A DNA stretch of 57,385 nt from contig DUKS01000012.1 of NCBI GenBank assembly GCA_013329215.1, positions 1 to 57,385 of the forward strand, in the 5' to 3' direction. Both the position numbers and the translations under genes were made by a program. Below, one piece after another: positions 26,417-34,975 of the stretch. Positions within the stretch are counted from its first letter, which is position 1, and each line of letters opens with the position of its first letter. Source of the DNA: Nanobdellota archaeon (GTDB lineage: Archaea; Nanobdellota; Nanobdellia; SCGC-AAA011-G17; GW2011-AR17). The notes beneath the pieces are model-generated. The model was not told the origin of the DNA. It saw only the letters and a program-made list of their open reading frames with translations, and ran no database searches.

Positions 26417-28717
26417 ATGGAAACTTTAATCTGGACTGAGAAATACCGCCCGAGGGACTTTAATGAAATAAAAGGCCAGGGCGACATAATAAAAACAATA
26501 CATGCAATGGTTGAAAAGCAGAATCTTCCCCATCTGCTGTTCTCAGGGCCTGCAGGCGTCGGGAAAACCACATTGTCATTAATAATCGCAAGAAAGCTCT
26601 TTGGAGAAAGCTGGAAGCAGAACTTTTTGGAATTAAACGCAAGCGTAGCCCCGGAAACCCCCATACTAATTAAAGAGCGAGGCAGGGTAAAGAGAACTAA
26701 TTTCGGAAAACTTGCTGAAGCCTGCTTTAAAGATAGCAATCCGAAATATGCATATCCGGAAAGCCTGGAAATTCTTTCAATTAATAAAGAACATAAGATT
26801 AAGTTTATGCCTGTAAAAAATATTTCAAGACATAAAGTCGGCAGAATAGCCAAGATTTCATATGAGGGAGGGTATATAAGAACCAGCTTGAATCATTCAG
26901 TAATTGTCTTGGACAAAGAGGGAAACCTGTCATCAAAGGAAGTTGCCTGCCTAAAAACAGGAGACCATTTGATAACTTTTAAAGATGCAGTGGATTCCGG
27001 CATGATGCGCATACCAGTGGATGAATTTGCGCCAAAAACGCATAATCAGTTAAGAAGCGGGCTAATAGAAAATCCCCGCGTAAAAACTATCATCGATTAC
27101 ATGGAAGTTGACAACAGCAATTCATGGCTAATGGGCTTATACCTTGCAGAGGGATGCACCAGTTTCAAAGGCAAAACAAGCGGACAAACGATTTTTACAG
27201 TCAGATACCCGCATGAGGAGCAAATCGCCCAAAAAGTCGCAGGCTTTGCCAAGGAAAAGTGGGGCATACCTTCTTACATCGTAAAAGGGAAATCAGGATT
27301 TAACCGGAATATTGAATCATCAATACAGGTAAGATTATTAAATACGCAATTAGCCAGATTCTTCAAAAATAATTTTTATGATGCAATGGGCATAAAGCGG
27401 GCGCCTTTCAAAAGGGTGCCTTGTTTTATGTTTGATGCCCCCTTAGAGTCAAAGTGGGCTTTTCTTCAGGGCTATATGGGCGATGCCTGCGGCGACTGGG
27501 AAAGTTATCTGAGATATAGCTCTGCCTCTCAGGAGAATTTAATAGATATAGCATGGCTTGGAAGGCTTTCTGGGTTGGACACATCTGTTTTTAACGAAGA
27601 AGCAAGGATAGTATGGAAACGGCCTTCTTTTTCGTATTTAAAAACAGAGCTTCTGCCTGCTGAATTGCTGATAGAATTGGCAAACAAGCTGGGCGAAAGA
27701 AAAGGGTTTAACGCCAAATACCTTCTTAGGCATCACCTTTATTGCAAAAAAGCAAAACGCATATCTAAAGATGCATTCCATAAAATCTTAACGCTTATTG
27801 AGTCAAAATCGTCTTTAGATGCGGGGGAGAGGGATATGCTTAAAAAATTTGGTAAGCTCATAGAGTCTCCCCTTTCAATTATTCAAATTAAGAAAATATC
27901 TATAGATGAAACATATCATGATTTCGTGTATGATGTCAGTGTGCCGGGCGCTGAAATGTTCTGGGGAGGCACAACACCCGTGCTTTTGCACAATAGTGAC
28001 GACCGCGGGATAGACGTCGTAAGGAACACAATAAAGGACTTTGCAAAGACAAGGGCAATAGGCAATTTCCCGTTCAAGATAATATATCTCGACGAATGCG
28101 ACAGCCTTACAAAAGAGGCGCAGCAGGCATTAAGAAGGACGATGGAGAATTTCGTGTCAGGCACTAGATTTATTTTAAGTTGCAACTATTCAAGCAAGAT
28201 AATTGATGCGATACAGAGCAGGTGCGCTGTTTTCAAGTTCAGGCCTTTGGAGGCAAACGAGCTTCTGCCTGTCATAAACGACATTGCGAAAAAAGAGTCG
28301 CTGGACATTGATGAGGCAGCGAAGAAAGCATTGTGCGAAATGGCCGACGGCGATGTGAGAAAAGTGGTCAACATACTCCAGAGCTGCGCTGCATTGACCA
28401 GCAAAGTGACTGAGAAGTCTGTTTACAGCATTGCGTCGCTTGCAGAGCCCAAGGAAATAGCTGATGTGCTTAACGCGGCTGTTAAAGGCGACTTTTCAAA
28501 CGCAAGGAGCATGCTGCTGGACACGCAGCTCAAATACGGGCTTTCCGGCATTGACATAATCAAGCAAATCCAAAAAGAAGTATGGAAGCTTAACATCCCT
28601 GACAAGGAAAAGCTGGGCATGATTGAAAAGTGCGGCGAGATTGAGTTCAGGATGGTTGAGGGGGCTGACGAGTTTGTGCAGCTGGAAGCGCTGATTGCAT
28701 CATTCATCCGCAGGTAA
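26417..28717 (+). CDS. rfcS: Replication factor C small subunit, interrupted by one intein
   Basis: WTEKYRP, Walker A GPAGVGKTT, ELNA|S...HN|SDDRGIDVVR, Walker B YLDECD, SRC motif QSRCAVFKF. The spliced product would be ~315 aa. Confidence 0.92.
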   Translation: METLIWTEKYRPRDFNEIKGQGDIIKTIHAMVEKQNLPHLLFSGPAGVGKTTLSLIIARKLFGESWKQNFLELNASVAPETPILIKERGRVKRTNFGKLAEACFKDSNPKYAYPESLEILSINKEHKIKFMPVKNISRHKVGRIAKISYEGGYIRTSLNHSVIVLDKEGNLSSKEVACLKTGDHLITFKDAVDSGMMRIPVDEFAPKTHNQLRSGLIENPRVKTIIDYMEVDNSNSWLMGLYLAEGCTSFKGKTSGQTIFTVRYPHEEQIAQKVAGFAKEKWGIPSYIVKGKSGFNRNIESSIQVRLLNTQLARFFKNNFYDAMGIKRAPFKRVPCFMFDAPLESKWAFLQGYMGDACGDWESYLRYSSASQENLIDIAWLGRLSGLDTSVFNEEARIVWKRPSFSYLKTELLPAELLIELANKLGERKGFNAKYLLRHHLYCKKAKRISKDAFHKILTLIESKSSLDAGERDMLKKFGKLIESPLSIIQIKKISIDETYHDFVYDVSVPGAEMFWGGTTPVLLHNSDDRGIDVVRNTIKDFAKTRAIGNFPFKIIYLDECDSLTKEAQQALRRTMENFVSGTRFILSCNYSSKIIDAIQSRCAVFKFRPLEANELLPVINDIAKKESLDIDEAAKKALCEMADGDVRKVVNILQSCAALTSKVTEKSVYSIASLAEPKEIADVLNAAVKGDFSNARSMLLDTQLKYGLSGIDIIKQIQKEVWKLNIPDKEKLGMIEKCGEIEFRMVEGADEFVQLEALIASFIRR
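26642..27994 (+). mobile_element. 451-aa intein with a LAGLIDADG homing-endonuclease domain inside rfcS
   Basis: Starts with Ser (SVAPETPILI, block A). Block B TSLNHSV. LAGLIDADG motifs WLMGLYLAEGCT and AFLQGYMGDACGD. Ends VLLHN followed by the +1 Ser of the extein SDDRGID. Confidence 0.85.
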
Positions 28718-28738
28718 AACTGCAAAAAGGGGCATATT

Positions 28739-29956
28739 ATGTGGAAATTTTTAAGAAGCTTGTTTGAAGCCAGGGAAGAGAAGGCAAAAGTTGATTTCTT
28801 TGAGCTGGAAAAGTTCATTGCAGAAAGAATGTGGAAGGATGCAAGGCAGGATGCTGAAGCGCTGAACAATGCGCGGCAGAAACTTGAAGAAGGGCTTGAA
28901 AAGCTGCAGCAAAAGAGCATTGACGATGCAAAGGTCCAGGAAAGGATAAAGGATGTTGTAAAAGGCAACAGGAACGCGTTTGCCATAACATTAAGGATAC
29001 TATTGCAGCAGACAGCGCCGCCGGCATCATACAGCACAAAATCAGTGATTGAGTTCTGCAGGCGATTCAATGAAGCGATGGAGGATTTTAACAAGAAAAC
29101 AATAAGGAATTATTTCATAATGAAAAACCTTATCGGCGAAGAGCTTGAAGAGATAAGAAAAGGCCTGAAAGAGACAGAAACCATTGCAAGAAGAATGCAG
29201 AAAAACGCTGAAAAAGGCGAGATGGCGCTGCTTGAGGATATACAGAAGAGGCTGGCTGACATTTACAGGCACCTGGAAGAGAAAGAAGAAAGGGAAAGCA
29301 GGCTTGAATTGCTTGAAAAAAAGGCAAAAGACCTCCTTGAAAAAGAGAAGGAAGCAACAGAAGCAATTGAAAAATTAAAGGACAGCCCAGAATTCACAGA
29401 GCTTGCAAAAGACAAGGCAGGGCTCCAGGAGGCTATGAAGGAGCTTGAGGCTGTAAAGAACAGGCTCAGGTCTGAGTTCTCAGAGGTCTCAAGGCCGCTT
29501 AAAAAGTTTGAAAAAGCATATCCAAGCAGGATGATAAGCGAATATGTTGAGGGCCCTGTTGAAGCAATACGGAAAGATGATGCATTAAAGATGGCAGGCC
29601 TGCTGCATTCTGCCGCAGAATCGCTCGGGAAAGGGGAAATAGAATCAAAGAACCTTGAAAAGGAAACACAGAAAGTCCAGGAGCTGGGCAGCAGGCTTGG
29701 CGAAATGCGAAGCAGCATGCTCGCTGTTGAGGCAAAGCTGGATGAGTTTGCTGAAAAGATAAAGCGCAACAGGGCTGAGGAAGAAAGGGGCCTGAAGATA
29801 GCTGCGCTTAATGCAATTGAAAAAGAGCTGGCTGAAACAGAAACCGCAATAGAAGACATGAAAGAGCGGGCCATTGGAAAAGACATTGAGGCGATAAAAA
29901 CAGACCTGAAGAAAGCAGGGTTTGATGCGGAGCTGGAAAATGTACCTTATGAATGA
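28739..29956 (+). CDS. Long coiled-coil protein of unknown function, embedded between the RFC subunit genes
   Basis: 405 aa, highly charged with heptad-like E/K/L-rich sequence throughout. Its stop overlaps the rfcL start (ATGAATGA). Confidence 0.55.
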   Translation: MWKFLRSLFEAREEKAKVDFFELEKFIAERMWKDARQDAEALNNARQKLEEGLEKLQQKSIDDAKVQERIKDVVKGNRNAFAITLRILLQQTAPPASYSTKSVIEFCRRFNEAMEDFNKKTIRNYFIMKNLIGEELEEIRKGLKETETIARRMQKNAEKGEMALLEDIQKRLADIYRHLEEKEERESRLELLEKKAKDLLEKEKEATEAIEKLKDSPEFTELAKDKAGLQEAMKELEAVKNRLRSEFSEVSRPLKKFEKAYPSRMISEYVEGPVEAIRKDDALKMAGLLHSAAESLGKGEIESKNLEKETQKVQELGSRLGEMRSSMLAVEAKLDEFAEKIKRNRAEEERGLKIAALNAIEKELAETETAIEDMKERAIGKDIEAIKTDLKKAGFDAELENVPYE

Positions 29957-31118
29957 CTGCACGCCCTGCAGCGTGTCCGGGTTCTCAGGCAGGGGGCCTG
30001 AATTCAGGCAGATTGCTGATTTTGTCAGGAATTACAAAGGGGGCGCGCTGCTTGTCCACGGGCAGACAGGCTCAGGTAAGACAGATTTTGTGCACAAGCT
30101 TGCAAAGGACATGGGGCTTGAGATTCTTGAGCTGAACGCTTCTGACATGAGAAACAAGGAAGCCCTGCTGAAGACCGCAAAAAATGCAGCGATGCAGATG
30201 AGCCTGTTTTCAGACGGAAAAATAATACTTATTGATGAGGTTGACGCGCTGTCAGGCACAGACAGGGGCGCTGTTTCCGCAATAGCAGACATCATAAAAG
30301 AAACAAAATGGCCCATAATACTCACTGCAAATGATGAAATGAATGAAAGGGTGCACGACCTGAAGAAAAAGTGCAGGTTCATGGAGCTTCCTCCGCCAAC
30401 GCATAATGAAATGGTGGGCATACTTAAGGAAGCGTGCACCAAAAACAGCGTGTGCTTTGAGGAAAGCGCGCTGCAGATGCTCGCAAGGCAGTCCGACGGG
30501 GACGTGAGGGCTTCGCTGATAGACCTGTATGTTGCGTCTTTTGCAGGCAGCATAAAAGACGTGTCCGGCCTTTCAGGCAGGATGAGGAACAGGGATGTTT
30601 CAGAGTCAATGAAAATAATATTCAACACAAGCGACCCGCAGATTGCGGTTTCTGCATTTGACAATACGGATATGCAGCTTAATGACTGCATGATGTGGGT
30701 TGAGGAAAATATGCCGAAAGAATACTCGGGAGTAGAACTGTCGGCAGGCTACGACGCACTGTCAAAGGCGGACGTCTTCCTGGGAAGAATAAGGAGATGG
30801 CAGCACTGGCGCTTCCTTGTATACGCAAACGCATTGCTTACGGCAGGAATTGCGCTTTCAAAAAGCAGCAGCCACAGGAAAGCAGGGGATGTCAAGTACG
30901 CGAGAAGCTCAAGGCCGCTGAAATACTGGATAATGAACGCAAAGAACGGCAAGAAAAAGGCGATCGCGGAAAAGCTTGCGAAAGCATGCCACACTTCAAA
31001 GAGAAAAGCTTTAAAATCAATGATGCCATACTTCAGGCTGCAGTTCAGCAATAATCCCAAAGCAATATCAGAAGAGCTTAAGCTTGAGGAAGATGAGGCT
31101 GAATGGATAACTGATTAA
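29949..31118 (+). CDS. rfcL: Replication factor C large subunit
   Basis: LLVHGQTGSGKT (Walker A), ELNASDMRN, ILIDEVDAL (Walker B), PIILTAND. Start chosen at the ATG overlapping the upstream stop. Confidence 0.85.
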   Translation: MNDCTPCSVSGFSGRGPEFRQIADFVRNYKGGALLVHGQTGSGKTDFVHKLAKDMGLEILELNASDMRNKEALLKTAKNAAMQMSLFSDGKIILIDEVDALSGTDRGAVSAIADIIKETKWPIILTANDEMNERVHDLKKKCRFMELPPPTHNEMVGILKEACTKNSVCFEESALQMLARQSDGDVRASLIDLYVASFAGSIKDVSGLSGRMRNRDVSESMKIIFNTSDPQIAVSAFDNTDMQLNDCMMWVEENMPKEYSGVELSAGYDALSKADVFLGRIRRWQHWRFLVYANALLTAGIALSKSSSHRKAGDVKYARSSRPLKYWIMNAKNGKKKAIAEKLAKACHTSKRKALKSMMPYFRLQFSNNPKAISEELKLEEDEAEWITD

Positions 31119-31182
31119 CGGAGGTAGAAGATGGTCTACGAGCGAATGCGAAGTGGACCTTTGAACGACAGGAGGAGTGAAA

Positions 31183-31470
31183 ATGAAAGTAAGCGATTTA
31201 AAGCCCAGGATGGGAAAAGTGGACATTGAAATTGAAGTCACTGAAATAGGCGAGCCGCGGGAGTTCCAGAAATTCGGAAGCGCAGGCAGGGTTGCAACAG
31301 CGACTGCAAAGGACGAAACAGGCGAGATAAAGCTGTCGCTGTGGAACGAGGAGATAGACCTTGTGAAGAAAGGCTCAAAGATAAAGATAACAAACGGCTA
31401 TGTCAATGAGTTCCAGGGCGAGATGCAGCTCACTGCAGGCAGGTTTGGAAAGCTGGAAGTCGTTAGCTAA
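31183..31470 (+). CDS. Single OB-fold ssDNA-binding protein (short SSB/RPA-like)
   Basis: MKVSDLKP..VDIEIEVTEIGEPREF..GRVATATAKDETGEIKLSLWNEE..ITNGYVNEFQGEMQL is the classic archaeal OB-fold pattern. GGAGG lies 8 nt upstream. Confidence 0.75.
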   Translation: MKVSDLKPRMGKVDIEIEVTEIGEPREFQKFGSAGRVATATAKDETGEIKLSLWNEEIDLVKKGSKIKITNGYVNEFQGEMQLTAGRFGKLEVVS

Positions 31471-31522
31471 TGGCTGGTAGAGAGTAGGTGGTAGCTACGG
31501 ACTAAAGGCTGCCTGCTACAGG

Positions 31523-31960
31523 CTATTTATTATTTACTTCTGTCCAGCCGTCGGTGTATGCAACTCTCTTTGTCTTTTTGGTTTTCTTCAGGACCTTCAA
31601 GGGGTGGAACAATTCATAAATATTCTCTTTTATTCTTTTCATAAAGAAAAGCCTTGCTTTAAACGATTGTTTCGGCGCCGCCTTCATCTGCCGCGCTTTT
31701 TGCTTTGCAACAGCGTCAAACTCCTTAACCATATGCCTGCCAACATCTTTCTTAGCCTGTTTTCTTGCATCCATCAGATTTCTATCTCCAATCTCAAAAT
31801 GCTTTTTTGAAATCTCATCAAGGTTTTTCATCCTGAGCCATGCATAAGCAAGCGCAAGATGCTTTTTGGCATTAAGCAAAAAGCGCTTGAACGGAAGTGC
31901 AATATAGCGCCTTGCAAGCAGCGCAACCCTCTTTTTTGCCGGCTTATCCCTCTGGTCCAT
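31523..31960 (-). CDS. Basic (K/R-rich) hypothetical protein
   Basis: 145-aa ORF. CTATATAAAAC box ~25-30 nt upstream of the ATG. No recognised domain. Confidence 0.4.
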   Translation of the reverse strand: MDQRDKPAKKRVALLARRYIALPFKRFLLNAKKHLALAYAWLRMKNLDEISKKHFEIGDRNLMDARKQAKKDVGRHMVKEFDAVAKQKARQMKAAPKQSFKARLFFMKRIKENIYELFHPLKVLKKTKKTKRVAYTDGWTEVNNK

Positions 31961-32034
31961 GCCAATATATACTGCTTTATTGTTTTATATAGATAGCGAT
32001 AGGTTTTTATGATTAAAGCCGCACTTAATCTGCA

Positions 32035-32397
32035 TTGAAAACAATATCTGTCAGGCATAAAGGCAAAATAATCTGCACTGCAATGCACTGCAATAATTTA
32101 TTAACAAGAAGCCTGGGCCTTATGCTCAGGAAAAAGCAATCCGCCCTGTTAGAGCTTCCTGCTGAAAGCAGGGCATTTGCAGGCATTCACACTTTCTTCA
32201 TGCTGTTTCCGATTGATGTCGCATGGCTGGACAGCAAATGCGTTATTGTTTCTGTTAAACAGCGCATAAGGCCGTGCAGGATAGCGCAAGCTGAGAAGCC
32301 TGCAAAATACATACTTGAAACGCCGGCAGGAGCTATAAGCCTGAAACAAGGGCAAAAACTTGCTTTCCTGCATTCCGGACATCTCAGAAACCTTTAA
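32035..32397 (+). CDS. DUF192-family protein
   Basis: LTRSLGLMLRK, FPIDVAWLD and YILETPAG match DUF192 blocks. Apparent TTG start. Confidence 0.6.
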   Translation: MKTISVRHKGKIICTAMHCNNLLTRSLGLMLRKKQSALLELPAESRAFAGIHTFFMLFPIDVAWLDSKCVIVSVKQRIRPCRIAQAEKPAKYILETPAGAISLKQGQKLAFLHSGHLRNL

Positions 32398-32452
32398 ATA
32401 TCTACAGCCCATAAGTACTATTAATAATTGTTATTAAAACAGAGGTGAAAAA

Positions 32453-32869
32453 ATGGCAAACAAAAAAGGCGCAGAGCTGTCGCTGAACTTTATCATAATA
32501 GCGGCGATTGTGCTTGTTGTGCTCATAGTCGCGATACTGTTCTTTACAGGAGCAAGCGGCAAGCTGCTCAAGCAAAAGGCAGAAGTAACAAAGCTAAGCA
32601 CGCAGGAATACAACCTTGCGCTGACTATATGCAGAAGCTCATGCTCGGCAAAAGCAGAGGCAGCCTATGACAACCCCAGTTTTACAGAGGGGCTGGTTAA
32701 GGCAGGGTACACATCATGTGAAGACCTCGTAGAACTTGAGCCATTTGCAGACGAGTGCTCAAAGAGCTGCAAGGAGCCGGCAGGCACGCCCGAAGCGCCC
32801 GTACCTGCGGAAGGCTGCACAGGCAAAAACAGGGCAGACTGCAAGGCCCCGTGCAAATGGGAGCTATAA
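32453..32869 (+). CDS. Type IV pilin-like protein (class III signal peptide), Cys-rich ectodomain
   Basis: MANKKG|AELSLNFIIIAAIVLVVLIVAILFF prepilin-type N-terminus. 8 Cys in the C-terminal part. GAGGTGA SD upstream and a strong oligo-T tract downstream. Confidence 0.7.
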   Translation: MANKKGAELSLNFIIIAAIVLVVLIVAILFFTGASGKLLKQKAEVTKLSTQEYNLALTICRSSCSAKAEAAYDNPSFTEGLVKAGYTSCEDLVELEPFADECSKSCKEPAGTPEAPVPAEGCTGKNRADCKAPCKWEL

Positions 32870-32872
32870 AGC

Positions 32873-32900
32873 TTTCTTTCTTTTTATTTTTAATTTTTTC
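32873..32900 (+). terminator. Oligo-T tract (archaeal-type terminator) after the pilin-like gene
   Basis: TTTCTTTCTTTTTATTTTTAATTTTTTC begins 4 nt after the stop. Confidence 0.55.
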
Positions 32901-32963
32901 TGCCCCTGCCGCGAAAATTGATTGACAAAAGCCTTATTAAGTCTCCCGCATATTAATTTTTAC

Positions 32964-33152
32964 ATGAAACTCAACAAAAAAGGTGTAGAGCTTTCAATGA
33001 CCATGATTGTGATTATTGCCCTTCTCCTGATAGTGCTGATTGTAGCAATACTCATATTCAGCGGCGGCATGGAAAGCTTTGTCGGAAAGCTGAAGGGCGT
33101 AAACGCAGAAATCTGGGCTGCAAAGCCTAACTTCACAGGCATGGGAAAGTGA
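32964..33152 (+). CDS. Small type IV pilin-like protein (class III signal peptide)
   Basis: MKLNKKG|VELSMTMIVIIALLLIVLIVAILIF. 62 aa from ATG 32964. Confidence 0.6.
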   Translation: MKLNKKGVELSMTMIVIIALLLIVLIVAILIFSGGMESFVGKLKGVNAEIWAAKPNFTGMGK

Positions 33153-33159
33153 AACGCCA

Positions 33160-34974
33160 ATGGCATTAAGCAGGAAAGGAAGCACTGAATCATTAAGCAC
33201 GCTTATAGGCGTGATAGTGGCTATTCTGATAATCGTGCCTGTCGGCATCGCATTCTACCATTATATTGCTGCCGAAACAAACATGGAAAAAACACTGGCT
33301 ATGCTTGTGAAAAGGACAGGCAGCCTTGATGATGGGGAGAAAGGCGCAATAGTCGGCTATATAGATGAAGGGTACATCCTGATAGGATTCCAGAAAGATG
33401 CAACTGACTTCGGCTCAAACAGGTTCTGGTGGTCATGCGGTGAAGGCTTCTGGAACAGGTATACAATGCTCTGGAACATAAAAAAGCCCGCATCATGCAA
33501 GGACAAGGCATGCCTCTGCGCCTGCAAATTCGTCGACGTGTGGGGGGCAGAGCCTGTACTGCAGCCGAGCGCTTGCGAGCAGGGCATGTGCGTGCCTTAT
33601 GAAGAGGATTTTGATGAAGTAATGCACGGCGGGCCTGCATGCGAATTCGGGCCGTGGATAGACACTGAGAACAACCCTGTCGTTGAGATACATTATGAGA
33701 AGAAAGGCGACATAACAGGAATATGCGAGCATGAAGAGTGCGTTTCAAGCGACCTAGACAAGGCAAGAAAGGTGTTTACAGAGTTCTACAACTCATACAT
33801 GGAATGCAGAAACTACAATTCAAATGACTGCATATGCGACAAGGTGTATGTTGAGGAAATGCCGCGCAATTATGAGATAGCGCTTGACGGAAACGGCGTA
33901 AAGACAACAATAAAGCTTGTAGACACTGAAAGCAAGGCAATGAGCTCAAGGCTTGTCGAGCCAGATACGTTCGGAGTGTATAATCCCGCTACAGACGAAG
34001 CAAGGGAAAGAAGCTCACTGCGCATAATATCATTCCTGCCTTCAATAAACCCGACAGAAGCCAGCGATATACGGCCTGACAGCACAAGGCTGCCTGTTAT
34101 ATTGTTCAAGGCAAAGAACGGAGCTGTAAGCATGGTGCAGGGAAGGCTTGAGGACGCAATTGCAAAAGGAAAAGACTACTGCACCGCAGAAAAAGCAGAG
34201 CCCTGCAGTTTTGGGATTGGAGGCGAGACATTATATGGCCTATGCGTTAATACCAGCTGCGACATGCCGTTTTGGGCAGAAACAGAAGCATTGCCCGAAG
34301 GAAAATGCGGCAGGGAAGGCTATGTCTGCTGCAAGGAAAAAAACCCGTGCGAATTCTCCGGAGGCCTGTGCAGAGAGGGCTGCGCGCAGGGTGAAATAGA
34401 GCTCAAGCACCCGGCTTACGGAAGCATGGCTTGCCAGCTTGACAATCAAGTGTGCTGCGCGCCGGCGGGAACAGCGCTTCCGGGCGGAAACCAGTGCCAG
34501 TCTAACTTCGGCGTATGCAGGAAAGGCCTGTGCAGGGCTGACACAGAATACAGGGATTCCGATTACAGGTGTGACAGCTCTGAAGAAGTTTGCTGCATGG
34601 TGCAGGGGCAGCTTTCCGAGTATAAATCAGACATTGCATTAACAAGGCAGGAAGAAGAAACAAGAACAAGGATTGCAAATGCGCCGCCCGCGCCGGAGCA
34701 GTGCGCGAATGCCGGAGACGAGTTTTGCGGCCCCTCGCCCTGCGACTTAAGCACGCAAACGCCGCTTGAAGGCAAGATATGCCCCGGAGCCAGCCCCTAC
34801 TGCTGCAGGCAGGGTTCCCAGTGCGAAAAAATGGCAGGAGGCACATGCAAAAACGTATGTGAAGAAAGGCTTAATGAAGAAATGGCGTCTGGTTCCTTAT
34901 TCACTTCGCCGCCTTGCGGCTCCGGAGAGGTATGCTGCGTTGAAACTATTATTCCTCTCGGCACAGGAGGTTAA
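33160..34974 (+). CDS. Large pilin-like/surface protein with a class III signal peptide and five C-terminal six-cysteine repeat modules
   Basis: MALSRKG|STESLSTLIGVIVAILIIVPVGIAF. ~47 Cys in total. Repeats span aa 349-593, each ending in CC. Confidence 0.65.
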   Translation: MALSRKGSTESLSTLIGVIVAILIIVPVGIAFYHYIAAETNMEKTLAMLVKRTGSLDDGEKGAIVGYIDEGYILIGFQKDATDFGSNRFWWSCGEGFWNRYTMLWNIKKPASCKDKACLCACKFVDVWGAEPVLQPSACEQGMCVPYEEDFDEVMHGGPACEFGPWIDTENNPVVEIHYEKKGDITGICEHEECVSSDLDKARKVFTEFYNSYMECRNYNSNDCICDKVYVEEMPRNYEIALDGNGVKTTIKLVDTESKAMSSRLVEPDTFGVYNPATDEARERSSLRIISFLPSINPTEASDIRPDSTRLPVILFKAKNGAVSMVQGRLEDAIAKGKDYCTAEKAEPCSFGIGGETLYGLCVNTSCDMPFWAETEALPEGKCGREGYVCCKEKNPCEFSGGLCREGCAQGEIELKHPAYGSMACQLDNQVCCAPAGTALPGGNQCQSNFGVCRKGLCRADTEYRDSDYRCDSSEEVCCMVQGQLSEYKSDIALTRQEEETRTRIANAPPAPEQCANAGDEFCGPSPCDLSTQTPLEGKICPGASPYCCRQGSQCEKMAGGTCKNVCEERLNEEMASGSLFTSPPCGSGEVCCVETIIPLGTGG

Positions 34975-34975
34975 A

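Noticed and set aside
28423-30691. Three long minus-strand ORFs (28423-29094, 29263-29886, 30032-30691)
   Set aside because: They are antisense to rfcS, the coiled-coil gene and rfcL. The S/F/L-rich translations are typical of the reverse frame of E/K-rich genes.
26271-31520. Inverted TGGCTGGT...GTAGCTAC motifs just after the stops at 26270 and 31470, as possible terminal inverted repeats flanking the RFC-SSB block
   Set aside because: Only two 8-nt cores match, with different spacing (5 vs 12 nt). This is too short to distinguish from chance or from independent terminator hairpins, and there is no transposase or target-site duplication.
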